Source: an uncultured Acidobacteriota bacterium (lineage in GTDB: Bacteria > Acidobacteriota > Thermoanaerobaculia > Multivoradales > JAHEKO01). From it: a stretch of 64,000 nucleotides of DNA. Each line of letters begins with the position of its first letter. Positions within the stretch are counted from its first letter, which is position 1. The notes beneath the pieces were generated by a model that saw only the letters and a list, made by a program, of their open reading frames with translations, had not been told where the DNA came from and ran no database searches. The position numbers and the translations under genes were made by a program. Where the stretch lies: assembly GCA_963713825.1 (NCBI GenBank), contig CAVQNG010000003.1, positions 768,001 through 832,000 on the forward strand. The letters are read 5' to 3'. This document shows positions 10,501 to 19,107 of this stretch, piece after piece.

Positions 10501-11571
10501 GTCCACGCCGCCTCCGTCACGGACAACGGCCGACACGCCATTGACGTGCTGCGCGAGCAGGATCTCGACGTAGTGCGGCTCTTCTCGCCTGAGCACGGAT
10601 TGCGGGGCAGGGCGGCGGCCGGCGAGCACGTCGCGAGCGGTGTCGATGCGGTCAGCGGATTGCCTGTGGTGAGCCTCTACGGCGACCAGAAGCGGCCATC
10701 TCCCGCCTCTCTGGCCGATTTGGATGCGCTGGTGTTCGATCTACAGGGTGCCGGAGTCCGCTTCTACACCTACGTCAGCACCCTGATCCACTGCCTGGAG
10801 GCCGCAGCAGAGGCCGGCCTGGAGCTCATCGTGCTGGACCGCCCCAACCCCTTGGGAGGGGCTCGAATCGAAGGCCCGGTCAGCGCGCCCCGAGACCTGG
10901 TGCCAGCCTCGTTTGTCAATCTGGCGCCAGGGCCATTGGTGCACGGGATGACGCTCGGTGAGATGGCTCGCTTTGTCAATTCCCGTCTCGAGGTTCCGGC
11001 CCGCTTGACCGTCGTTCCCATGCTCGGATGGAACCGCAACATGGTCTGGGCGGACACCGGGCGGGACTGGATCTCTCCGTCACCCAATCTGAGGAGTGCC
11101 GAAGCCGCCCTGGCCTATCCCGGCACCGCGCTGCTGGAAGCGACCAATCTCTCCGAGGGACGCGGGACGCCGGACCCTTTCCTGTTGTTCGGAGCCCCCT
11201 GGCTGAGGCCCGACGAGCTCCAGTTGTCGGTACCGGGCTTCGCCCTCGAAGCCGCTCGCTTCACGCCCGTGGCTTCCAAGGCGGCGCCCCGCCCGAAGTT
11301 TCTTGACCAGTCATGCGTTGGCCGACGGGTTCGAATCATCGATGCCCATGCTGCGGAGCCTTACTCCTTGGGCATAGCCCTACTGCATGCGTCGATGGGT
11401 CGCGCCGAGTTCGAGTGGCTGAAAAACGGCGACAATCTCACTTCGTTGCTGGGAACACCCAGGGTGCTCGAAGACCTGAAGGTTGGAAGATCCATCGAGG
11501 AGATCCTGGCGGCGGATAGCGCCGACCACGACGCCTGGCGCGAGACCCGAAAGGGCGCCCTTCTCTACTAG
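7543..11571 (+). CDS. Secreted triple fusion: GH3 beta-N-acetylglucosaminidase (NagZ) + beta-lactamase-family amidase (AmiE-like) + exo-beta-N-acetylmuramidase (NamZ/DUF1343)
   Basis: ATG overlaps the upstream stop (TGATG). Motifs in one open frame: KHFPGHGDTSTDSH; ASLTK, YSD, GHLGYTG; FSPEHG, RFYTY, DRPNPLGG, PSPN, SEGRGT. Confidence 0.9.
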   Translation: MRRFLRTTCLLSTLLAVALALPVVETAAVPVSDTNTQTLSPLPLSKSARKWVNSTLGDLSLEEKAAQLVMVRAHGLYQNPASESSRELVSEVRDLGVGGLVVFRSELESIPRLLNELQAAATVPLLVSADVERGMAFRVPEGTVPLPWAMAVGASRSEAAARFTGEVTAREGRALGIHWALAPVADVNNNPANPVINIRSYGEDPELVSRMVRSYIEGARQGGMLTTAKHFPGHGDTSTDSHHERPVVGVDRERLEAVELLPFRAAVAAGVDSIMTAHVALPAIDASGAPATLSPAISHALLRDELGFTGLVVTDALEMAGIRPAWAGEAAVRSVLAGADVVLLPSDVRVAIQSLVRAIEEGQLTEERLDASVRRILETKARLGLHKNRLVNREALGQSVARPQDLERALEVAKASVTVVRNESDILPLLAEKPLRILHVVISTGLRDRAIQGLPEAELRTRGIETRTFTLGREVSPETMDRILEAAPDYTHVLVSSFIWVRSSDDLSPSQARLIHRLGETGTPVIVLSFGSPYFLAEIPEVPVFVTTYGSAASSQRAAIAALFGEFAVRGKLPVTLPDLYPYGHGVELAQRAMTLPQAVPDEVGFRPGGFEEVDRVLQAFLDQKAFPGGVLAVGYQGTLAYLQPFGRLSYDDEAPEVTVDTIYDLASLTKVVATTIMAMILVDEGALELDKPVVDYLPLFLGSGKEDVTVRQLLTHSSGLVAYGDLYNEVSGKKAYLERIQGMELDYEPGSKSVYSDYGMILLGEILERVAGRPMDVFLEERVYGPLGMTDTGFLPGDDLLERIAPTEDDPWRGYMVRGEVHDENAHALGGIAPHAGLFSTATDLARYLQMILNGGVFEHKRIVSRRIVEEWTQRAEVPDSDRAIGWDTKSAENSSAGNLFSPNSFGHLGYTGTSMWVDPERELFVILLTNRVHPTRENNLIRQVRPAVADAVVKALEEPVVEVGLERVEAGELDSLKGKRLGLVVHAASVTDNGRHAIDVLREQDLDVVRLFSPEHGLRGRAAAGEHVASGVDAVSGLPVVSLYGDQKRPSPASLADLDALVFDLQGAGVRFYTYVSTLIHCLEAAAEAGLELIVLDRPNPLGGARIEGPVSAPRDLVPASFVNLAPGPLVHGMTLGEMARFVNSRLEVPARLTVVPMLGWNRNMVWADTGRDWISPSPNLRSAEAALAYPGTALLEATNLSEGRGTPDPFLLFGAPWLRPDELQLSVPGFALEAARFTPVASKAAPRPKFLDQSCVGRRVRIIDAHAAEPYSLGIALLHASMGRAEFEWLKNGDNLTSLLGTPRVLEDLKVGRSIEEILAADSADHDAWRETRKGALLY

Positions 11572-11590
11572 TTATTCCTGCGGGCTCTCA

Positions 11591-13045
11591 CTATGGGCCG
11601 GCTACCAGGCTCTCGCGAGGCCACACATAGCTGGCCGCCAGGCCAACTGCGAACGTCCCCAACGAGCCAACCAGGGCGAACCAGGGCCACGCCAGGGGTG
11701 TGGCGAAGAAGACGATCAACATGCCGACCAGGCCCACGACGAGGCCGACCAGGGCAGCTCGCTGACCGACCCGCTCGGTGAAGATGCCGAGAAAGAAGAC
11801 GCCGAGAACGATCCCCGTGGTGAACGCGGCGATGCCGAGAACGCTCGCCACAACGGTCGATTGGAGCCACTGCCCGGCAATACCGACGCCGATCTGCACC
11901 AGGCCGAAGCAAGCGGTCAGGATGCGGATCACCCGCAGTTTCCGCGCCGGTGTGATCTCGCTCCCGACCAGGGGAAAGTACAGGTCGTTCGCTGCCGCCG
12001 TCGCGCACGAGTTGAGCGAGCTCGACAGCGTCGACATCGCCGCGGCAAAGATGGCGCCCAAGAGCACTCCCAGGACGCCCACCGGTATGTGGTCCAGAAT
12101 GAACCGCGCGAAGACGCGATCGTTGCGCTCGAAGGCGACCTCCGGCGGCAAGAGCTGATAGAAGCAGTAGAGCCCGACGCCGATCAGCAGAAATAGCGCA
12201 AACTGGGCGAGAACGACGAAGCCGCTCGCAATCAGGGCAAGTCGTGCATCGGAGAGATTGCGCGCCGCGAGATAGCGCTGCACCATCATCTGGTCGACGC
12301 CGTGCGACCCGAGGGTGATGAACATCCCTCCGATGAGTCCGGCCCAAAGCCCGTATGGCTCACTCCAATCGAGCGTCGTGTCGAAGACCCGCAGCTTCCC
12401 TGCCGCCTCTCCCATGCTCATCATCTGCTGCCAGCCTCCCGGCAGGTGGTCTAGAAGGAGCCAGAACGCCAGCAGCGCCCCTCCCATGTAGACCATGAAC
12501 TGCAAGAAGTCGGTCCACAGGACGGCTCTCATCCCGCCGAGATAGGTATAGACGATCGTGGCAACGCCAATCACAATCACCGCCCAGACCATGGAGATGC
12601 CCGTCATCTCCTGCAAGACGATGGCCGAGAGAAAGAGTCTCAGGCCGTCCGCCAGGCTGCGGGTGACGATGAAGATCAGCGAGGCCGTCCTCTTGGTGGC
12701 TCCACCAAAGCGCTGGTCGAGAACCTCGTAGGCGGTGAAGAAGTTGCCTTTGAAGTACTGGGGCAACAGCAGGAACGCGACGAGAAAGCGGCCCAGTACG
12801 AAGCCGAAGACAATCTGCAGCCACGACATGTCCCGGCCGTAGGCGAAGCCCGGGATGCTCAAGAAGGTCACCGTGCTGGTTTCGGTGGCGACGATGGAGA
12901 AGAGGATCACCCACCACGGCAAGTCCCGCCCACCAAGCATGAAGTCGGCGGCCGTGCGCGTCGCCCGGCCGACCCACATGCCGAGAAACACGACGCCAGC
13001 CATGTAGGTCAGCAGGATCGCCAGGTCGATGGCTCCGACGCTCAA
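11591..13045 (-). CDS. Sodium:solute symporter (probable amino-sugar/MurNAc uptake)
   Basis: SIVATETSTVTFLSIPG, GGMRAVLWTD, DQMMVQRYLA, AAMSTLSSSLNS, many hydrophobic segments. Confidence 0.88.
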   Translation of the reverse strand: MSVGAIDLAILLTYMAGVVFLGMWVGRATRTAADFMLGGRDLPWWVILFSIVATETSTVTFLSIPGFAYGRDMSWLQIVFGFVLGRFLVAFLLLPQYFKGNFFTAYEVLDQRFGGATKRTASLIFIVTRSLADGLRLFLSAIVLQEMTGISMVWAVIVIGVATIVYTYLGGMRAVLWTDFLQFMVYMGGALLAFWLLLDHLPGGWQQMMSMGEAAGKLRVFDTTLDWSEPYGLWAGLIGGMFITLGSHGVDQMMVQRYLAARNLSDARLALIASGFVVLAQFALFLLIGVGLYCFYQLLPPEVAFERNDRVFARFILDHIPVGVLGVLLGAIFAAAMSTLSSSLNSCATAAANDLYFPLVGSEITPARKLRVIRILTACFGLVQIGVGIAGQWLQSTVVASVLGIAAFTTGIVLGVFFLGIFTERVGQRAALVGLVVGLVGMLIVFFATPLAWPWFALVGSLGTFAVGLAASYVWPRESLVAGP

Positions 13046-13097
13046 TCGTCACCTCCCCCGATCGACGCTCGCCAGGCTCGTGCTACGAGAGATTGGG

Positions 13098-13838
13098 TCA
13101 TCCGCGCGGCATTATATGTCTCAACGCCGGCCATTCACCGCCGGCCGCCGCGAGATCGAGGACCACATCGAGCCTGTCGTGGCCGCGGAGCAACGAGCAG
13201 GGCCACGCGGGCGTTTCCGGTCCGTCCAGCAGCGCGTGCACGGCCTTCGCCTTGGCTTCGCCGACCGCCAGCATGACTAGACGACGGGCGGAGAGCAGCG
13301 TTTCCACCCCCATGGTGACAGCCCGCAGGGGTCTCCAGTCCTCGGGTACTTCCAGGGACTCTGCCAAATCCGGGGGAAGCAGCACAGGGTGGGTTGTTGC
13401 CTGTGGTGGTCCAGGTAGGTTGTAGGCCACATGGCCATCCGCTCCAACTCCCAGGAACACCAGGTCCAGGCCTCCCGCCGCCGCCACGGCTTCATCGTAG
13501 CGCGTGCATTCGAGCCCGGGCTCTGCCTCTGCTTTGGGGATGTCGCATCGCTCGGGGTCGAGACCGATGCGCGTCCAAGCGTGGCGCCGCATGAAGCTCT
13601 GAAAGGAGGCCGGATGATCCCCGGGCAGTAGCAACTCGTCGAGGTTGAAAGCCTTGGCCCGGGAGAGATCCAGGTCTCCCTGGGAGTGGAGCCTCGACAA
13701 CTCCTCGTAAACGGGAATCGGCGTGCGGCCCGTAGGTAACCCCAGAACCAGCTCGGGCTCGTCGCTGGCGGCGAGCGCGATCAATGCCGCGACCGATCTC
13801 GCGGCGGCGTGCGCATCGCTGTGGATCAGAAGGTTCAA
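13098..13838 (-). CDS. nagB: Glucosamine-6-phosphate deaminase-like protein
   Basis: LGLPTGRTP, FNLDE, GVGADGHVAYN. Confidence 0.75.
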   Translation of the reverse strand: MNLLIHSDAHAAARSVAALIALAASDEPELVLGLPTGRTPIPVYEELSRLHSQGDLDLSRAKAFNLDELLLPGDHPASFQSFMRRHAWTRIGLDPERCDIPKAEAEPGLECTRYDEAVAAAGGLDLVFLGVGADGHVAYNLPGPPQATTHPVLLPPDLAESLEVPEDWRPLRAVTMGVETLLSARRLVMLAVGEAKAKAVHALLDGPETPAWPCSLLRGHDRLDVVLDLAAAGGEWPALRHIMPRG

Positions 13839-14596
13839 AGCTCTCCAAAATGGGTCAGCAGAATGCCCCCCTCACTGATGGCTCGGAGCGCCTCAGGATG
13901 GGTCAGAACTGCGAGCTCTTGTTCGCGCTCATCGGCATAGCTGCTGTCGAGGCGTAGTGCCTCATCGACCCTGGCCGGATGGCACATCAACTCCGTGACT
14001 CCCGGCGCGAGATTGCCCAGGATCTCCAGAAGAACCTCCAGCCGCGCCTCGGAGCCGAAGAAGCGCTCGACAAAAAAGTCACTGGTCGCGACACCCGCCT
14101 GGCGCAGCCGCTCTCCGACTTCGTCCGAGGCGTTACGGACCGGCAAGCTGTACCTCTCAGCAATCTTGACCAGGGCATCGCAGACCATGGGTAAGCGGTG
14201 AGAGTGGTGGTGGCTGTCGAGATGCGTTGGCAAGCGACCAGCCAGGGCACGGAAGCGCTCGAACTGGGCCTCGACCTCGGCCATCACCTCCTCGGGGCGC
14301 GCCCCCTCGAGGCCCTCTGGCTTGGCGGGAAATCTCCCCTCCCCATCAACCAGACTGGGCACCTCCTCTGATGGCAAGATTGGCCTCCCCCCTGTCAGGG
14401 CGACGTGAAGGCCGATACCGATTTCCGGGGAGCTTGCCCATGCCTCGGTTGCTTCCTTGGCGGGGGTGAATCCCACCATGAGCGTTGCGCTGGTGACCAG
14501 GCCCCGGGCGTGTGCCTCGAAGATCCCGGCATTGATGCCCGGAGTCCGCCCCAGATCGTCGGCATTGACGATGAGTCGCTTCTCTGTTTCAGGCAT
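13835..14596 (-). CDS. ChbG/HpnK (YdjC) family carbohydrate deacetylase
   Basis: Start moved to MPETEK. IVNADDLG, GLH, HLDSHHH, ELMCHP. Confidence 0.88.
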   Translation of the reverse strand: MPETEKRLIVNADDLGRTPGINAGIFEAHARGLVTSATLMVGFTPAKEATEAWASSPEIGIGLHVALTGGRPILPSEEVPSLVDGEGRFPAKPEGLEGARPEEVMAEVEAQFERFRALAGRLPTHLDSHHHSHRLPMVCDALVKIAERYSLPVRNASDEVGERLRQAGVATSDFFVERFFGSEARLEVLLEILGNLAPGVTELMCHPARVDEALRLDSSYADEREQELAVLTHPEALRAISEGGILLTHFGEL

Positions 14597-15492
14597 TAGC
14601 TCAACAGCTCGAGGGCTAGCGTCACGGCACCGGTCGCCGGCTCTTTCTCCAGTCGAACAACCTCTGCCTTGGGCAGATCCAGATTGCTCTCGACTCGCTC
14701 GAAGAGACTGGGACAGGCTCGGAAGGCGCCACCGGCGAGTACCAGCGGGTAGTTCTCGGTGAACGTCAGCTTTCGATCGACGGCCCTGGCCGCCCGTGCC
14801 AGATGCTGTGCCGCCTGATCCAAGAGTGAGTTCGCCGCCACGTCGCCGTCGTCGGCCGCCTCCTGGACGACACTGGCCAGCTTGGCCACGCGGTCGCGGG
14901 ACAGCTCCTGGTCGTAGAACCACTTGACGAGACCCTCGGGAACGTCCAGGTCGAGCTTCTGGGAGATGAGATCGAAGAGCGTTGTCGCCGGCCCTCGGCC
15001 GTCCACCGCCCGCACGCCCTGCCGCACCGCCGCGTGACCCAACCAGAAGGCCGACCCTTCGTCACCCAGGAGGTAGCCCCAACCACCAGAGCGAGCCGTC
15101 TCGCCGCTCGGGTCCACCCCGTAGGCGATCGAGCCGGTCCCCGCCGAGACCACGATGCCGATCCCCTCCGGCGCTCCCGCCACCAGGGCGATGAGCGCGT
15201 CGTTGACGATCGAAATATTCTTGCGCAGTCCTAGTCGGCGTAGCAGGCCCTGGATCAAAGCCTTCTCTTCGGGTCTGTCCACACCCGCCATGCCGAGGCA
15301 AATCGTGTCGATCGGACCTGGGGCCTCCAGGTCTTCGATGACCTGATAGAGGACCTTCTCCACGCTCAACTCGCCGTGGATGACGAGATTCGCTCCCCCG
15401 CCGCGGGCCTTGGCGAGAACCTTGCCCGTCTCGTCCGCCAACAGACCTACCGTCTTCGTGCCACCCGAATCGATGCCGACGACATATCGCAA
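14596..15492 (-). CDS. BadF/BadG-type N-acetylglucosamine/N-acetylmuramic acid kinase
   Basis: GIDSGGTKT, VNDA, AGTGSIA, GGWGYLLGDEGSA. Confidence 0.87.
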   Translation of the reverse strand: MRYVVGIDSGGTKTVGLLADETGKVLAKARGGGANLVIHGELSVEKVLYQVIEDLEAPGPIDTICLGMAGVDRPEEKALIQGLLRRLGLRKNISIVNDALIALVAGAPEGIGIVVSAGTGSIAYGVDPSGETARSGGWGYLLGDEGSAFWLGHAAVRQGVRAVDGRGPATTLFDLISQKLDLDVPEGLVKWFYDQELSRDRVAKLASVVQEAADDGDVAANSLLDQAAQHLARAARAVDRKLTFTENYPLVLAGGAFRACPSLFERVESNLDLPKAEVVRLEKEPATGAVTLALELLS

Positions 15493-15535
15493 GAGATCAC
15501 CCCTCCTCCAGACGGTTCAGAGAATACAGGACTTC

Positions 15536-16546
15536 CTACCCTTCACGTGGTCGTACTCCCAGTCCCGGTTCCTTCGGCAGGAGGAGTCGGCCGTCCCTGA
15601 CCGTGACACCGACAAAGGGATCGTCCTTGATCAGAAGGTTGCCATCGAGATCGGCATGGTCGACGAGCGGCGACAGGTGGGCAGCGGCAGTGATGGCCAG
15701 GGACGACTCCACCATGCACCCCAGCATGACTTGCATCCCGTGAGCCCGGGCCACGGCGATCATCCGTCGGGCCTCGGCAATACCACCGCACTTCATGAGC
15801 TTGATGTTGATCCCATCGAAGGCTCCAGCCAGGCGGGGAATGTCGGTAGCCCGGTGGACGCTTTCGTCGGCAAACAGAGGCAGGGGGCTGAGCCGACGCA
15901 ACTCGCGCATCTCCTCGATCTGCCCGGCCGGCAGCGGCTGCTCGACCAACTCGACGCCCATGAACTCGAGCCACTCGAGCCTCGCTTGGGCTCCCTCCAG
16001 CGTCCAACCTTCGTTGGCATCGACCCGCAAGGGTCGATCTGTAACCCCTCGAACGGCTTCCAGAATCTGCCGATCATCGTCCGACCCCAGCTTGACCTTG
16101 AGTACCTCGTAGTCGCCGGCCTCCTTGACCTTCGCCTCCACGACCTCCGGCGTGTCCATTCCGATCGTGAAGGAGGTCACCGGCGCCTGCCGTGCATCGA
16201 TCCCCAGCAACTCATAGAGAGGCACCCCCAGCCTCTTGCCCGCCATGTCGCAAAGCGCCATGTCCATCGCGGCCTCGGCGGCAGCTTCGCCAGGGACGGC
16301 GACACTATTCGCCGCCGAGTCGTAAGCCGCAGGGTTGGTCAATCGCTCCGCCATCGACTCTGCGGCCCTGGCTGCCGAATCGCAATCCTGACCATAGCGC
16401 TCGATGGGCGCCGCCTCTCCGAGCCCCACGACTCCGCCCTGCTCCAGTTCCAAGACAAGCGTCTTTCGGGTGTCGCTCGCCCCGCGCGCCAGGCGAAAGG
16501 TGTGGCGCAGCTCGAGGCTCTGTTGAAGGTGTCGTAGCTGGATCAT
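15536..16546 (-). CDS. L-Ala-D/L-Glu dipeptide epimerase (enolase superfamily)
   Basis: LKVKLG, VDANEGW, VEQP, ADES, NIKLMKCGG, GCMVES, DLDG. Confidence 0.88.
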   Translation of the reverse strand: MIQLRHLQQSLELRHTFRLARGASDTRKTLVLELEQGGVVGLGEAAPIERYGQDCDSAARAAESMAERLTNPAAYDSAANSVAVPGEAAAEAAMDMALCDMAGKRLGVPLYELLGIDARQAPVTSFTIGMDTPEVVEAKVKEAGDYEVLKVKLGSDDDRQILEAVRGVTDRPLRVDANEGWTLEGAQARLEWLEFMGVELVEQPLPAGQIEEMRELRRLSPLPLFADESVHRATDIPRLAGAFDGINIKLMKCGGIAEARRMIAVARAHGMQVMLGCMVESSLAITAAAHLSPLVDHADLDGNLLIKDDPFVGVTVRDGRLLLPKEPGLGVRPREG

Positions 16547-16689
16547 GCCTCGCCTTCCCTTGTTTCCCTCGGCCAACCGGAGCATTTTATCTCGGCGACA
16601 GAGCCCCACCTGCGGGCTGGAAGTCCCGCTTGCTGTGTTATACAAAGTCCCTCTCACAACGAATCCGATAACAGAGCTGCCTGCCGACC

Positions 16690-18753
16690 ATGCGCGCTAC
16701 AAACTCCATCCTTGCATCACTCCTGGCGATCGGCTTCACGCTACTGGCCTGCGGCCCCGAGTCTTCGAAACCCGGGTCGGCAGCGAAGTTCGAGTCTCGT
16801 GCCTCGCAACCCCCCTCCATTCTCCTGGTCACCCTCGACACGACAAGGGCCGACGCCCTGGGTTTCGAGACGGACAGCGTCGATACCCCCTCTTTGGATG
16901 CTCTGGCGGCGCGCGGCCAAGTATTTTCGCAGGCCTATGCCACCGCCCCTATGACGCTACCGGCCCACACCTCGATCCTGACCGGTCTCTACCCGTCAGA
17001 GCACGGCATCCATGAGAACGGCAGGAGATTCGCCGATTCCGAAAGCCTGTTGGCAGGCAAGCTCCAACGTCTCGGCTACAGCACTGCAGCCTTCGTCTCC
17101 GCCTTTCCCTTAGCGGCCGAGTTCGGACTGGCCTCGGGCTTCGATCACTACGACGACGGGCTGCCGGCCAATCAATCCGAGCGGCCGGCCAACGAGACCA
17201 CTGCCCGGGCGTTGGATTTCCTGAAGCAGACTTCGGCCACCCCGCTGTTCGTCTGGGTTCACTATTTCGATCCGCATGAACCCTATGAACCTCCGGAGCC
17301 CTTTCGGTCCCAGTACCCGAAGGACCCCTATCTCGGCGAGATCGCCTTCATGGATCGAGAGTTGGGCCGCTTGACGAGCGCCTTCGAAGCGCGGCTCGAA
17401 GGCAAGCCCTACAAGATCGTGGTGGCTGGAGACCATGGTCAGGGTCTCGGGGACCATGGCGAAGCCTTACACGGCAACCTGCTCTACCAGGGTGTGACGC
17501 GGGTTCCACTCATTGTTGCGGGGTCCGCAGTCGCTGCCGGCCGGATCGACGTTGCTGTCAGCACTCGCCGCATCTTCGACACCCTCCTCGGCTGGGCCAG
17601 CAGTGAAGACGCGAGCCCTGGTCTGTTGAGTGCCGCAACCGAATCCGTGCTGGCTGAGGCGTTCAAGCCCTATCTGCAGTACGGCTGGCAACCGCAAGTC
17701 ATGGCGGTCGATGGATCGACGAAGATCATCCTCTCGGGAGAGCTGGAAGTCTTCGACATCATTGCCGACCCGGCGGAAGCGACTGACCTCGCGGGTCGCG
17801 TCCAGGTCGATCCGGAGGTGATGAAGACGGTTCGAGACCACTGGGAGCGAGCCCTCTCTGGCCCCTTGGAGTCCGGTGCCATCTTGGGGCAGGAGGCGAC
17901 GGAGCGGCTGGCAAGCCTCGGCTATATCGGCTCTGAAGGGAACCCGCTGCTGCGCGACGGAGCGCCCAATCCGAAGGACATGGTCGACTTGTTCCACGAT
18001 CTCGATGTCGGCTCGGTGCTTTTCGTCCGCAAGGAGTACGAAAAAGCCTTGCCGCTCTACGAGCGCGTCCTCTCCGCTGATCCCTACAATCGTGCCGTCT
18101 GTCTCCATCTTGCCGTGGCTCATTCCGTGCTCGGTCATGAACAACGCGCTCTCGAGTACTTCGACCGCGCCAGGAAGATCAGTCCCGACTCTGTGGATCT
18201 ACAGCACTACCAGGCTATGCATCACTTTCGTCTTCAGCAGTGGGAGGAGGCCGAGCCCCTCTTCGAGATCGTCCTCGCCGCAACACCCGACAGGCTGCCG
18301 GCGCTAGAGTGTCTGGCTCAGATCCGCGAACGGCAAGGCCGCATCGAGGAAGCGAGCTCACTTCTCGAACGCATCGTGACCCTGAAGAGCGAACCGCAAG
18401 CCGAGTTTGTGAAGTTGGGTGAGATGAGAATGTCGGTCGGCGACACCCAGGAGGCGATCCGAGCTTTCGAGAGCGCTCGGGTACTTCAAGAGCAGGAGTT
18501 TGATCATTCCCTGGAGTTGGGGGTGCTCTATCTGGCCGACCGGCGACTCGTCGAGGCGGCAGCGAGCCTGGACAGGGTGACCCCTACCCACCCGGCCTAC
18601 CCCTTGGCGCTCTTCAAGCGCGCCCAGGTCAGCGTCCTGCTCGGTGAGCCCGACCGCGACCAGCGCATCCAACTGGCGCGCGACAACGCCGATGCCACGA
18701 CCGCACCTCTGATCGCCAACGAAAAACTGTTCAAAGGCCCACCAGCTCCTTAG
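16690..18753 (+). CDS. Sulfatase-like (alkaline phosphatase superfamily) lipoprotein with C-terminal TPR repeats
   Basis: Lipobox LLAC, LVTLDTTRAD, APMTLPAHTSILTG, HYFDPH, DHG, helical repeats at the C-terminus. Confidence 0.82.
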   Translation: MRATNSILASLLAIGFTLLACGPESSKPGSAAKFESRASQPPSILLVTLDTTRADALGFETDSVDTPSLDALAARGQVFSQAYATAPMTLPAHTSILTGLYPSEHGIHENGRRFADSESLLAGKLQRLGYSTAAFVSAFPLAAEFGLASGFDHYDDGLPANQSERPANETTARALDFLKQTSATPLFVWVHYFDPHEPYEPPEPFRSQYPKDPYLGEIAFMDRELGRLTSAFEARLEGKPYKIVVAGDHGQGLGDHGEALHGNLLYQGVTRVPLIVAGSAVAAGRIDVAVSTRRIFDTLLGWASSEDASPGLLSAATESVLAEAFKPYLQYGWQPQVMAVDGSTKIILSGELEVFDIIADPAEATDLAGRVQVDPEVMKTVRDHWERALSGPLESGAILGQEATERLASLGYIGSEGNPLLRDGAPNPKDMVDLFHDLDVGSVLFVRKEYEKALPLYERVLSADPYNRAVCLHLAVAHSVLGHEQRALEYFDRARKISPDSVDLQHYQAMHHFRLQQWEEAEPLFEIVLAATPDRLPALECLAQIRERQGRIEEASSLLERIVTLKSEPQAEFVKLGEMRMSVGDTQEAIRAFESARVLQEQEFDHSLELGVLYLADRRLVEAAASLDRVTPTHPAYPLALFKRAQVSVLLGEPDRDQRIQLARDNADATTAPLIANEKLFKGPPAP

Positions 18754-18778
18754 GGACTCCGGATCGCTGGACTGGAGA

Positions 18779-18933
18779 TTCGTTCGGGTGGTCCGACAGG
18801 GGACGGCGTCGGCTACTCAGACTGCAACGGGAGGCCGCCACATCGTCTCGTCATCACGCCCCCTCTCCTGTGCTCTCTCGTGGACCTTGCGCTGCGCTCG
18901 ACTCGGCGCCCCCTGTCGGACCACCCGAATGAA
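18779..18933. repeat. 24-bp inverted repeat enclosing a ~107-nt spacer (MITE-like element or structured RNA)
   Basis: TTCGTTCGGGTGGTCCGACAGGGG at 18779-18802 pairs with CCCCTGTCGGACCACCCGAATGAA at 18910-18933, with one G.T pair. Confidence 0.8.
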
Positions 18934-18955
18934 CCTCTGGCATCGTTGAAGGCAA

Positions 18956-19003
18956 TAGGGGCTTAGGGCAGTAGGGGCGTAAGGGCCTAGGGGTCTAGAG
19001 GAA
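18956..19003 (+). repeat. Degenerate 8-bp tandem repeat (TAGGGGNN x6) with G-quadruplex potential
   Basis: TAGGGGCT TAGGGCAG TAGGGGCG TAAGGGCC TAGGGGTC TAGAGGAA. Confidence 0.75.
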
Positions 19004-19020
19004 TGGGAGGGGGGCCACGG

Positions 19021-19107
19021 CCTCAAAGAACGGCCGGAGGTACAACGGCCGCCTCAACCCCAAGCACCCAAGGAACGGACGGACGTAGTCCGGGCGCCTC
19101 AACCCTC
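19021..19107 (-). repeat. Two tandem copies of a dispersed GGGTTGAGG-hairpin-TTCYTTG element
   Basis: Minus strand reads GAGGGTTGAGGCGCCCGGACTACGTCCGTCCGTTCCTTGGG, then GGGGTTGAGGCGGCCGTTGTACCTCCGGCCGTTCTTTGAGG. Confidence 0.7.

Noticed and set aside
18956-19107. CRISPR array
   Set aside because: Repeats are too short and degenerate, there are no regular unique spacers, and no cas genes.
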